Assembly (NCBI GenBank): GCA_030704615.1
Contig: CM060733.1
Location: 64,046,001-64,110,000, forward strand
Length of the DNA stretch: 64,000 bases
Direction: 5' to 3'
DNA from: Takakia lepidozioides
Taxonomy: Eukaryota > Plantae > Bryophyta
Part shown: positions 25,115 to 37,991 of the stretch, in pieces
How positions within the stretch are numbered: position 1 is the first letter of the stretch
Layout: every line of letters begins with the position of its first letter
The notes under the pieces: generated by a model
Seen by the model: the letters and a program-made list of their open reading frames with translations, nothing else
Database searches by the model: none
Told to the model about the DNA's origin: nothing
Made by a program: the position numbers and the translations under genes

Positions 25115-25489
25115 GTGGGTTTCAAATACTTCGTTTTTATGCCTTCTCTGTTGAAGTTCCACTGTATTGACGGTTATGAGCATGTACCCTCGAGCATAAC
25201 TCCAACCCGCTCCATTGTACAGCTCCTACGGCAACATCACCTCGATGGTTCTTGCTCCGAGCTGGCTGCTCTGGACTATGCCAAATTTCCAGTCAGGAAG
25301 GTAATGTATCTGCCTCCCGAAGTCGATGGCAATGTCATCTTCAAGTTTCCACCTGTTACTTCGTCAAACAAAGCCTCAGGGATGTTAACAGACATGGATC
25401 GAAAGCATGACGGACACCCCTGGTGTGTGACGAAGACCAGTAGCACGAAAATTGCTGATGTTGATACGTCCTCTGTGCGGGGAAGCTGA
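25115..25489 (+). pseudogene. Probable DNA-transposon protein fragment
   Basis: Protein-like ORF (VMYLPPEVDGNVIFKFPP..MDRKHDGHPWCVTKT) next to the MTase fragment. The family assignment is inference only. Confidence 0.35.
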
Positions 25490-25779
25490 GGTTCCTCAAT
25501 CCCGCCTGCTTCCACTTTCTTGTTCACACTGCCTGAATTGAGTGCTTCAGCGCACTCAGTTATGGCGGTGCATGAGCAATGACTCTGAACCAGTTCCATC
25601 CAGAATGGGTCTGCACTCCCACCCAGATGTGCTATGAAACATTCCTCACTAATTATTGTCCTCTTCATCGCAGACCCGTCTATTTGAGGCCGTCTGTCTC
25701 GTGAGGGTACATCCACTGTCGACTCCCACCACAGTGGTGGAGTTCGAGCTTCATGGGGGATGATGTTTCATAAACGAGA

Positions 25780-26230
25780 GGTTCGATCCTGTCGTCGACG
25801 ACATGCACTACAACTATGTCGACTCCAACGTATGTTTGCGAAAGCCAAATGGAACGCCTTGGAGAGGGGCCCGTGAAAAAAGCCGACTTTATCCAAACGA
25901 TCATTGAGAGTTGTTCTCGGCCAGGGGGCATCATAGATCTTCTCGCACATTTCTCTTCTTGCTTTGTCATCGATTTCTTTTCTTTTGTACCTTCTTTATC
26001 ATATTCTAAAACTCTAATTCCTTCCATTTGTCTCTTGCAGGCGCTTCTTACCATGCTTGCAAGGCAAATGGCAGGCACTTGTTTGGTATGGAGGGAGATG
26101 CAGATATTTTCACTGGCCTCCTCGCCGAGTTGCAAGGGGGCGCGTCTACCTCCAATGTCAAGGATGTCACTACGCAAATTGATATCCTCGACGGTGACGA
26201 CAAAGACCTGGACAATGACTTTCATGTGAG
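25780..26230 (+). pseudogene. C-terminal fragment of an N6/N4 amino-methyltransferase-like gene
   Basis: NGTPWRGAREK, frameshift, ADFIQTIIESCSRPGGII, intron, GASYHACKANGRHLFGMEGD; paralogous to 50470-51050. Confidence 0.65.
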
Positions 26231-29200
26231 TAAGTTCATTTTCTGTCTATTTGATCCCTGTGTATATGCTCTGTCGCGTCCCCTTCTGTTGTCTGATTGT
26301 TACCCAAATGGTGGCATTTCTGATTGCAGGAATGTGAACGCACTCCCGTGGCCCTGTCTTCCATATACTTGAGGGACTTGTGCTGGAGCCCACCTCCTAA
26401 TTATGTCCTTCCCGATTACGCGGAAGACATTGCTCGTGTGCAAGCAGCTGTGCTTTCTCCCCTACCTTTGCGTTGGAGTTCCAGGAAGACGCTCAGGCAC
26501 CTCTTCATATATGATAGTGCAGCAGTTTCAGGTGGAGCAGTACTTCTAGCAGTTCAGCAGATTCAGGTGGTAGCAGTAGCAGTGTTGATACCACCTACGG
26601 ATGTACTTGAGGGCATTCATTTATGGAACATGAGAGGACACACTCTCCGTTTTCCATTGCACCACCATTTCTCTTCCCACCATCCGTTGTAATGAGCATG
26701 ACTACAATGAAATTCACATCCCTGAATTGAAACATTCTCTCCCCCGCGTCCTGCGAATTTGAAAGTGTTTTCATTCTAATCATTGCTCTCAAATTCAACC
26801 GTGTGCATTCAATAAAAGTTTTTCAACAGAGATGAATATGTGCATAGTCCAGTAGACAGTTATTCGACATATGCCATCACACCAATATTTAGTTGGATGG
26901 ATGGAGGATGAATGTTTGTGGATGGATGAACCCCGATTGGATGTACACTGTGGATGAATGTTGCATGCATGGATGGTCCCATGGATGATGTCAGTGCGCA
27001 GTATCATGCATAGGGGCGGGATGGCGAGGTTCACTGTCGGGGTTGAGGTGGGTCCCTAAGGCTAACAAGGGTTAGGGTTTCTGTTTGGGGTTGCAGGGTT
27101 AATATGGATGAAGACGTGTTTCTGCGGTAATGGATCCTCTTCCACGGAAATAGACGCCGCATCTTTCCCAAAATCATGCCACGTGTCCTGGGCTCACGCC
27201 AGGCTCCTGGGCTCACGTGGCTAGGCTCACACTCTAGTATCCCCCTAGGACGGAGCGACGACGGAGACACTGTGTGGCTGTCATGGGGGTCCCATAGAGG
27301 AGATAGTAGGCTGGTAGGAGTTTGTTAATATATGAGCTGTTGGTGTTGTTAGTGTTTAGTTTGGTTTCTTGGATGAGAATAATGTGTGGGGGCGTGGAGT
27401 CCGTGAGGAGGTGGATTAGACTCTGGATACTGGTGGCAAGGGATCCAACATTCCAAGTGGTGATGTTAAAGGAGTGTGACCGTAGGTCAGGGGTGTTCGG
27501 AGTGTGGCAGCGAGGTGTAGCGGGTGAAGATGCAGATTGGGGGGGGTCCCCGGAGGGGCGTGGTAGTATTAAGCGTAGCTGTCAAGATGTTGGCAGAGAG
27601 AAACGGGAATTTGTTGATGGTAGTGGGGATGTCTGGGACAGAGGTGGGTGCAGACGCTAGATGATCACCTAGGATTTTGTGTATAACTCTGGGATGGGTC
27701 TGCAACAGGTTGAGGGACACGTGGAGATCAGTCAAGCAATGTGGTGGGGCCAAGTAGTTGTTGGGGTGTGTGGGTAGGTCTTTCAGGTGATGTAGTAGGG
27801 AAATGAGTGGGGAATCTGGTTGGGACGTAAGGTAGTTGTTACATTCTTGGGGCAAAGGGGAGATGAGGACAATAAGGGAGAAGAGGGCTTGAAGTTTGTG
27901 GGAGGTGTGGGAAAGAGCAGGGTATGGACAGGCTGGGAGGCCAAAGGTGGAAATGTTGTGGGGGGGCAGTCTGTGGGTGAGTGGAGGGGATGGGTAGTGA
28001 TTCGGGGATGTAGGGGGCGAAGTGGGTAGCAAGATGTTTGTATTGATGCATAAGGGATAGGGTGTCCGGCTGGAAATATAGCGCATAGCGATCTTGTGCA
28101 TCAGCAGGGAGTTGAGTCATGATGGTGGAAATAGTGAGTGGGCTGAGGTTGGGGTGGATGTCCCCACATCGGAGCAGTGTAAGTGTGATACATAAGTTGA
28201 GGTATAAGGTTTCATGTGAAGGGGGATGATGGAGGCTGTGTTTGGATTTTAGGGGGTGGTAAAGAGAGCGCCCGTTCGGGCTGTGAGTAATGAGAAGGTT
28301 TTTTCTGGGTAGTTCAGAGGGTAATTTGTGGGGGTAGGATGGATTGATGTGCCGTAAAGTTAAGGAGCTGTGGTTGTTAGAAGCTAGGGTGGAGCTGGTG
28401 TGCTGGGCGTAGGGGGGGAAGATGTATAGTGAGTAGGGGAAATAGGTTGGGTCTAGTATCTTGTCTGTGATGAGAGTTGTACTATGTGACAGTTGGGATG
28501 ATGTATAAGTATGTTGAGGAATGACATAGTAATTTAGTGGGGAGATTATTGGGAAAAATTGGAGCGGTTGGCGGGTTGATTGAGCGGAGACAAGGGTGTC
28601 AGTAACATGGTCATAGGTAGGAGGGTGGGGGGGGGGGGGGGGGTAGTAGAGGGAGGGTGGTATGGCGATGAGGGGGGGTATTATTGGGTAATACTTGGTA
28701 TAGGGGGGTGCAGGAATGAGATTTAATTGTGGATGCATGGTTGTAATTTATGTAGGAGAGAGACCGGGAAAATTGGGTATCGGGTGGGGGGGAAAATACA
28801 CTCGCAGGTGATGTGATATTTAGTTTATTATACAGTATTTTAGTAATTGTAGATTGCTGGGTCTGGTTTATGGGTTTTGATTTGTAGTGTGGAGAAAGAG
28901 GGACGTATAGAGTATGTAATGAAAAGAGTGAGTTCATATTAGTATGGTTGTGCAGTGATGTGGGAGAGTACGTATAGTATTTATGGGATGGGTGGATGTG
29001 TGTTAGTATTGGTTGGATTGGTACAATTGTTTTTGGGTAGGATAGAGGGGTAGCACGGGTGCGATAATTGTTACTAGTAGGTAGATTAATTTGGCGGGGT
29101 CTAGGTATGTTTGATTGATATGTGTTAGCTGTTTTGAGTGTATTTAATTTGGAGTGTGGGGAATGAGGGTTGTTCTGGGTGTACATAACTGTGTGTGTGC

Positions 29201-31144
29201 ATATATATATATGTATGTGGTAAGATTGCAGTGGACAAGGTGAATATGGGCAGTGGTATCATGGTTTGATGCAGGCTCAAAATAGGGTTGCAGTTGTTAC
29301 AAATATTAACGGGTATATATGTGTGTTGGGGCATGGGAGAGGGGCAAAGTGAGTTTATTATAAGATTGGGGGTGGGTGGACGGAAGGATTTGGATGGAGG
29401 TGTATGATAATATTTATAATGAATGTATTCATCCATTCGCCAAGGCAGGGCTGAGTTAATTAGAATTTGGATGAAGAGTTTGGATGAAGAAGTTGGATGT
29501 GTTGACGGTTGGGTGTGGTGGTTGTATTAATTGGTGTACCGTGGTGGGATTCGGTTATGTAGTGTCCAGGAGGGTTTACCAGTGGGCCTGCATGTAGTTT
29601 GGGAGGTTGTGGAGTGGATACATGGTGGTTTGCAGGGGTCTTTGGTACTATATGAAGATGAAATTGTGGTGTGGTATTGTAGCTGTGTCTGATGTTTATA
29701 GTGTGACGTGTTTGTTTATGGTTGTCGCAGCAGTGCGAGCAATAACGGGCAGGCTTGTCAGCTCGGGCGTCATTTGGACGGCGATCAGTAGTTTCTAGAG
29801 GATTTTTAAGCGCCATGGGTGGCCGTGTATGAATCTGTGGTAGCAGCTGTGTGTGGGTATAGCTCAGGCCTAAGACGGTTGGGTTTGTGTCAACAAAATA
29901 TTGTAGAGCTTGCGCATCTTTCCCAAGCAACCAGCAGATGATCTGAATGGCATATAAATAAGGAAAACATGGCCGGTCCGTGTGGTGGCCGTGTGGTATT
30001 AAAGGGTATACATGAGTGTGCTGGTAGGGTGTAAGTGGGACTGGGTGATCAGGAACTAGTGGGATGCTGGTAGTTAAGTTTTGCTCATCCGAAGAATGGT
30101 TTGTATATGCTGTAGGCAGCTGCAGGCAATGGTACATGGCAGGGGTTGGTCTATATTGATAGAGTATGTTAGGAGGTTGTGTTAGCAAATTTGGATGTTG
30201 CCAGTCAATAAAGCACAAGTGAAAAATGTGGATCCATGCTGGCCAAGGCGGCACTATATTATTGCTCTTGTGTCTGGTATATAGGAGCTGAAATGAGAGA
30301 TAGTTTGTAATGAAATAAATAGATGGTGAGGCTGTGAATCGGCTTGGAGAGAGTGGCTCCGATAGTATAATGGTGATCAGACAAATAATGAAATCCAGTG
30401 TCGAGCAGTGACCGTCGTAGTTGCAGTTTATATTCATCGAGTCTCTGGTCAAGTAGCTTGTGATTGGTTGGGCCTTTTGACGGGAGCAGTGTGCGTTTGT
30501 GAAGGCAGCCGTCGGGTTTCCACTGATTCCATCGATATGTCATTATATGAGCAGGTCAACTATCAGCTCGTTGATGTAATTGTGGTATATTGAGGGTTAC
30601 ATGAGTCAATGTAAGCCAGTTATAATTACGAATGAAGCCAAAGTCACCCCTGGTAAGGAGGCGGTCATCAGCATTGGCAGTGCCTGAGTAGTAGGTGGTG
30701 TTCTTGTCACTGGTGCTACAGCTTTGAAGCTCAGAGAGATTGGAATATGTTCAGTGATCATGGGAGTAAGACAATTGACGACATGGGGTAGTGAGACATG
30801 CAGTACTGAAAATATAATTGGGTGTAGAGTACTGAGGCCCAGGGAAGGCCCATATGTAACGAATAGAATGATGAGGAATGCGATAATAGGGGCCGTCTAG
30901 AGCACAGAAGTCGGGAGCACTTTTTTGGAAAATACAGCGGCAAGAGGAGCGAATGAAATTGGGTGGGTAGTCAGCATTGGCTTGTGAAACATGCCAGTGA
31001 GGAAATAACATTGGGATAGTATGACAGGTCAAGGCCTTGTATGGGTGTATAAAAAATAGGTAAGAGTAAATTAAATGACCAGGGAATAAAAAGTGAGGCA
31101 CTTCAGGTACAGTACAGATATCTTCATGCGATATGCATATGAGA

Positions 31145-31366
31145 GGCAATATCTCCATAATGTAGCAGAGTTTATTATTTTGGGGCAATTTCCCCATAGT
31201 GTAGCAGAGTATAGTATTTTGGGGCAATTTCCCCATAGTGTAGCATAGTGCAGTATTTTGGGTCAATTGCTCCATAGTGTAGCCTAGTGTAGTATTTTGG
31301 GGAAATGTCCCCAAAGTGTAGCAGAGTAAAGTATTTTGGGGAAATTTCCCCATAGTGTAGTAGAGT
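31145..31366. repeat. 39-bp tandem repeat, about 5-6 copies
   Basis: Unit approximately TGTAGCAGAGTATAGTATTTTGGGGCAATTTCCCCATAG. Confidence 0.9.
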
Positions 31367-31725
31367 GTGGTACTTTCAGATGTAGTACAAATATCTTTGT
31401 GTGATATGCATAGTAAATTCAGACTAAAAGGAGAGTGGGCTATATGTGATGACAGTGGCTGCAAACTGAAACACCAGGAGTTCGGCAGATGATTACATTG
31501 TACTGTAGGAGTGGAATGTGGGGAAATCTGCACAGTGAGAGTCAATGAAAAGTTGTCAGTGACAGGCAGATTCCAGAAGACCCGGGATAAGTCAGAATAA
31601 TAGAGTTTGTCTAGATGTGGTAGTCTAATGAAAGACAAGTCAATGTTAATTCTATTGTGAGCTGGATGTGAGAAAGAGATAATGAGAAGTTGAAATTGAG
31701 GGTACATGGGCTGTTTCCAGCGCCC

Positions 31726-32025
31726 GTAGAACCGAGTATGACAAACAAATGAATTGAGGGCAGTCTTGCTCTGTACGTATAGTGGCGACCTATCATACTG
31801 ATGTGAATAGAAGTCAGAGAGTAGATATATAGTGTTGAGAGATTGTGTTTCCACATTCATCCCTAGTGACCAGGAGTAGAACCGAGTATGACAAACAAAT
31901 GAATTGAGGGCAGCCTTGCTCTGTACGTATAGTGGCGACCTATCATACTGATGTGAATAGAAGTCAGAGAGTAGATATGTAGTGTTGAGAGTCGATTGTG
32001 TTTCCACATTCATCCCTAGTGACCA
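31726..32025. repeat. 150-bp tandem duplication
   Basis: GTAGAACCGAGTATGACAAAC starts at both 31726 and 31876. Confidence 0.9.
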
Positions 32026-34919
32026 GTAGTTCGGGAGTATTGTGTGCGGAATCATTGAAATATGATGTATGTGACCTTTCAGAAAGGTAGAAGTGTTTGT
32101 GTGAACAGTATGAGTAGAAGTAGACATGGGAATGTGGGGTGGCTGCTGCTAGAAGGTGCCCACGTGGAGCAACCCTTTGTTGAGCAGAATAAATATAATG
32201 GATAGTCTTAGCAGTATAGACAGTATGAATAGAAAGATTTTTATCTGAAGCAATCAACGGAAGATGTGGCAACAAAGCAAGAACTGAAGAGGAGGTACGA
32301 GACCAGTTTATAGATGGGTGAGTGAGGAGCAACTGCATAGGAATAGCCACGTACCATTCATTGGCGTGGGTGAAGGCACACGAGCCGACTGTTGGGGTGA
32401 GAGATAATAACGTGTTCGTGGAGGGATCATGCCAGTGAGGCAAGGGTAAGAGCATGGGTATCAGTACCTTGCCTTGAGATGAGGGGTATGGTACCAGATC
32501 CGGTATGATGTTGTTGTAGGCAGGCCTCCAGAGGTAATGCGGTGTGAGCACCAGAATATGAGGGTAGTCTGCCATCTTTGATTGGTAGTACGGAGCCCAT
32601 ACTGTTGTAGGTAGTTGTTGCTTCCTTCATGAGTTGGGGTCTTGTAAGGTCGAGGGTGGATGCATGGTCCTGCCCACAGATACGAGGTGAAAATTCTTGA
32701 GGGGAGGAAAGCCTATACAGTGAAAAACAACAGGATGGAGAGGAGGTATAGAGAGGAGACAAATGGGATAAGGAGGGAGAGTGAGATTATGCAGGCTGGA
32801 AAATAGCTGGTGGTAGATATTGTAAAGTATGTGGCAGGGTAACTTGAAATGACCCAGAGTGGGTAATCTGTAATGGATTAGAGTAGAGTTCGAATTAGAA
32901 TCAGGATGCAGAGAGAGGATGAGAGGGTGAGGGCAAGTCAGTGGAGTGTTGTATCGGACGGGGTGAGAATCGAAAAGTCCAGAGTAGTGTGTCTTCGTAC
33001 CTTTAAAATTCATACAGTGGTAGGGAGAGAGAATGGAGAGAAAGCACCTAGGGTCGCAACATGAAGTCCAAAGCTGCAGATTGGGAATGTCGAGGGCCAG
33101 GGGCCATGTGCCGGGTATTGCAGTGTGCAGGTCTTGCCATGTCTGCGAATGTGGGAGAATTGCAGCATGCCATCTCCATCTTCTGTCACTTGGGGTGGCT
33201 GCATTCGTGTGTGTGATGTGAACACAGTATAATTTCCTGTAGAAGGGGTGGAGCCCACTGGGGTTGCTCAGGGTGGCGGGAGGCCAGGAACCGAGTGGCA
33301 GTCGCTTCCAAGTTCGCTGCCTGTCCATCCTTTGTAGTTCATAGCACTTAGATTTTGACCAGGTAGTGCCTGGCATATCTGACCAGAGACTCGCAGTGTG
33401 TTGGCTGTGTCTTAGGGCCAGTACGCTGGAAGTAGTCGTGGTGCTGGTGTTGACTCTCATCTGATAGTGTTTCTTGATGAACCCCCACCCGTGACTCTCA
33501 CTATACAATAGCGCTGGATCGGATATGTAAACATTCCGCTTCAAATTCTAGATGTCGAAACTGCAGGGCGTATATGAAATGATTCCGTGTATGTTGGGGC
33601 GAGAGCAGCTGATAGTAGTTTCCCCGAAGCTAGGACTGGCCCGGGCATCCCGCGAGAGCAGCAAAACACACAGGATTCGGCAAATGCAAGAGAGATAGGA
33701 GTAAACCTGTTTTCCTTAATGAGTGAGCCTGTGACGGGCCCATCGACAAATTGCTGGGGCTACATAACTTATGATTCGTTGGCATGTCCTTCTTCCAGGT
33801 GACCAGAAGTTTGCTCATTGGTGTACGATCATTGACCCCAGGACGCATTGTTTTCATATTCATCTTTGGTGCACTCGTTTGGCATGCGGACTATTTGCGA
33901 AGTTTGCTCATTGGTGTATGAATGTAGGAGTCCCAGAACACCACAGTTTCTACCTTTCTTTGCCAACCCGGATTTTTCCCCAAGTCCTCCAACAAATTTT
34001 TATTTGCCATCTTATGCGGAGGCTGTGGCTACGAAACATAGTCTACAAGCATCTCCCCCTTCTGTGCTTCACAACAGACATAGTTTTCTGAAGAGCAGGG
34101 CTAGCGTCTTTGTAGACAGTTCTGCCTTCGTTTTGAACAGCAGCTCCTGTAGCATTGGATCTTCTTTGTCGGAATGAACCGCATGTTTTGGAACGTTTAT
34201 TTATGAAGTACCAGTTCACCTCCTTCTTTTCGATTGGGTAAGAGCCTCACTATCAACCATCCATACCCCTCCTCAATCAATTGGATTCATTGTTGCCAAC
34301 ATACTTTAGAATACACTGCACTATATTTATTTCATTCATCCATGTGTCATTCGTAATACCAACATTCATCCTCCATTCATCCTTCATTCATCCAAGTTGC
34401 ATCCATATCCGAGCTTGTAATTCTTAGGGTCTGCGCAGTAATAGGTGTTATAAGTCGAATAGGCGTCCACGGTTATAGGCGACAAGATCATGTGAGCAGA
34501 ATTCTACTCACGGAATTTTCTGCTCACGGTTAAGCAAACCCCCCCCCCCTATAATATATTGCCACTGCAGGGAAAGGGGCAGTGAAACCACCCTGTTATA
34601 TGATTCTAAACTCGTCATAGTATAATCCTTAGGTGTTGTTGTTCAAATAGCGTGGGGAGATCTAGAGATTTGGCGGAACCCTATAAAGATAGTCATAACT
34701 AAAGTTCTACTAAGACATAGACAAGATCATGGCGGGAGGGCGGAGCGCCGCTCCACCCTCGTGCATGACCAAGGTAAGGTCCGTTGCAACACTACTCATA
34801 TTGCCCACACTGCACAAATCGTTGGGGGGGGGGGCTGGCAGTCTGCTGCAGCGGCCTATTGCTCGACACATTGCAGAACCTACAGGCTACCACATCTAAG
34901 GTGGACCCCGCATGCCCCT

Positions 34920-35147
34920 CCTGAAATTAAGACCCGGACCCTGATCTACTCTTGCCTGCGGGTAGCTGGTTTACGAGGTTCTGGACCGAGTAGGCGGGTC
35001 CGGGTTCGGTTCCGGGTTCATTTCAGAAATGAAACCGGGTCAGGGTCAGGGTTTTTGGGGATAGCACGGGTCCGGGTGCGGGTGCGGGTAACCTGGATCC
35101 TAACCCGCCGGGTACCTGGGGTCAAAACCCGGACCCGCACAACACTG
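34920..35147. mobile_element. hAT-like right terminus with GGGTCC/ACCCG subterminal repeats
   Basis: Ends CCCGCACAACACTG, whose reverse complement resembles the TIR at 19998. A degenerate copy of this end lies at about 24810-24850. Confidence 0.55.
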
Positions 35148-37991
35148 GTTACAACTTCATTTGATCCCATGAACCCTATCTCCACATCATGGTTGTGGAG
35201 GCTCATCTTATTCTAGTTGAATTTGCATAGCCCTGCAAGCTTTTGACATAGAGTGTATGAGGGTCACTAGCAGGATGCCATTGGCTGACTTATATAGAGT
35301 AATAGATTAAAGGTTTTACACTTGGAAGGATTAGAGTTTGGTCTTTAGTGTGTTGTGCTCTAATTGTTATGGCCGTGCATTGCATATCATGGGAGTAGTT
35401 CATTGTTACCCACTTCTTTCTTCACAAAGAACAAACCAAAAGCTTTGATAACCAACAAATCATTGTCTACATTACTCGTATGTCAAGCAACGTGAGCTTG
35501 ATTTTGATACCACCATGCCGGCCTTTGTAAACTCCACTTGAACTATTTAATGCATTTCAAGTTATCCATGTTGTTTTCCTTTATGTTTGTTCAAGCCTAT
35601 GCATATCTTTGGCTTCTCATCCAACAAATTGCCCAATGGGTAAACCACATGAGCTGAAAGCCACAAATATGGATGTTGGATGTCACCCATTATGGCCAAC
35701 CCAGCTATAAATGGGGGTAGTTGGTTACTTAATGTGTGAGTGCCTAGACTTTCAAGTACTTGGAGAAGGTTGGGGCAAACACTGTTGCCTGGGTTATCGC
35801 CGTTAGAAGTTGTCCACCTTCCAAAGGGGAGGCAGCAGTCTTTTTGGGATGATAGTAACACTATAAATTACATGTGCTAGAACATGAGGCTTCATCATCT
35901 TTTAGAACTTGCTTTACCCTAGCTTGAGAGCAAAAATGAGCACCAAACAGGCTCTTGGCGACTATCTATATGTCATGGTATACAATCTTTCATTCCATGG
36001 TATATGTCAAAGTTTCTCAAACCCTAGCATCCATGTTTTCTACAACACAAGACACTCCCTTTGTAATATTTGCAAAATCTTGTGACAAAGATCTTTCTTC
36101 AAACTCCTTAACATACAAATGTAAAACTGAGGCTAGCATGATCATAGATGTATGATCTTCTTTTAGTAATATAATAGATGAAATGTGAAAGAAGTGAGAA
36201 TAATGAACTAGGCTCCAAGAAGGAAAGGGAACAGAAACCTGGAGACTGATTTGATTGTAAGGGTCGTTGCGTTCAGACAGATTGTTGTTTCTCTTTCAAA
36301 GCTGCAAATGCCGCAGATGCTATTGGTATTGTATATTTTTGCCCCCCAGTTCTTCCCTACTGTATGTTTGCAAGGTACTCCGGAGGTTGATGGTTACAGT
36401 TTAGCTGTAATGAGGTTGTGGTTGCAACTAGAATGGCTACTCCCTTGAGCCCGGTGGTTTCACAGAAAAATACTCGCAGATCTGGTGTTCTCTAAAGCAA
36501 AGCTCCTCCTAGTATCATTGGAACCCCCAATATGCAAGAACATGCAGGGGATCCGCAGCTAAACCCTCGGTCGTCTTTCTAATTCTACATGGCTACAGCT
36601 TATAAAAGCTCTAAGACAACCACATTGCCAATTGTTGTGCAATGCGCTATTAAAATTTGAAACAGGTCCCGGATGGACACTCACTCAGTGGGCTTTCAGC
36701 CATGACCTAGACAAGTATCCAACATCCTGAATTAGAAATTAAACCACCAGAAAATCCCTAAAGATCGTATCAGTGTATAGAGTGGGTCCGAATAAAGTAG
36801 ATTTTGCAGCAGCGAGGGTAGTCTGGAGAGACTGCATTTTTATTTTGACACTATCATGATACATTCCAGAAGATCAATCATCATCAACCATCAGAGACTT
36901 GCCTGTTGACTCCACACTAATTACAATCTGTGGAATGGCTCAACATTAACAGCAGCAGGGTCGAGCTTTGAGGCTGAGGTTCTAAAGGAGGAGAGAACAG
37001 TGTGTCACTATTCATTTGAGATCTGTACCTTGAGGGATTAGACATCCAGGTAACCACTTCCAAGTTGTAAAACTACGACTAATGTATCTAGATGTCTACA
37101 TCTTCACAATCCAACACACCAATTCACTCATCACATGACCGGCAGGCCTTGCTCCCTGCTAGGCATAAGAGCACTGACCCACAGATCTGTTGAATGTGAT
37201 CGACTTCCAACAGCACAGCAGAGTGGAGACACCCAATAAAGGTCTGGTTCAACTATTTATCTATACAAGACCTCATAACTATCTTTACTTACCTAATGTT
37301 AGAGACCTGTGGAAATATTCAGCCAAAAATAAAAAATTCCTCTCCATTCATTGCGCACATACTCTCCAAAAAATGGTTCTATATCTCATGAGTCGGAGAC
37401 ATCACTCAGTTGAAAGGTCCATTATCAATCCATCCATCAAACCCTCTATTAGAGACAATGCATGTTCAAGACCTCTCTAATGCCAGCAGGTTAGGGGAAA
37501 GGCAACATTCCACTGCAGTGAAATGCCCTCTTCCATGCCTGCTCAGCCTTTACTGCCCACCAATATAACTTGCCTCCCTGTGGCTGCCACCGAATCGAAG
37601 CATAAGCACACCAGACAGCATCACACTGCAACCCAGAATAATCCTACTCAAAAGTCCATGCACCTCACCAGTATCCTCAACTAGCCTTCACAAAAACTGA
37701 ATACAATCCCGGTTCCAAATCGAGATTTCACCCAAATTTAAAAGCTCACCGCCGTCTCACTTATTAGCCCACACTCACGCTTCTTGTATCCACAAATAAC
37801 ATGGTAAGAACTGCCACGCCCAACCTAAGGTTCGGAGCTGAGGAAGACCAAGTTCCAATGTCTCTACGAATATGGGCAAAGTGCATATGCTACTTGCCCA
37901 CATGAATTCACTGATACAACATTTTTCCCTACAACCGAGTGGGCATCCAGAGGCTGGGCCCCATGTACATAGATATATGCATAATGGAAGA

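Larger units (their letters stand above)
27300..33550 (-). mobile_element. Highly degenerate non-LTR retrotransposon relic(s)
   Basis: Strong strand asymmetry, Pro/Thr/His-rich broken frames, a 2A-like LLRCGDIHPNLSP and a possible RNase H-like HIDGISGNP near 30520. Boundaries uncertain. Confidence 0.4.

Noticed and set aside
30751-32127. 458-aa minus-strand ORF
   Set aside because: Largely built from tandem duplications in compositionally skewed sequence; no domain motifs.
19998-35147. A single 15-kb hAT element bounded by CAGTGTTGTG...CACAACACTG
   Set aside because: The flanking 8-mers differ (GTTGTGAC vs GTTACAAC) and the subterminal repeats differ, so pairing is unsupported, though not excluded.
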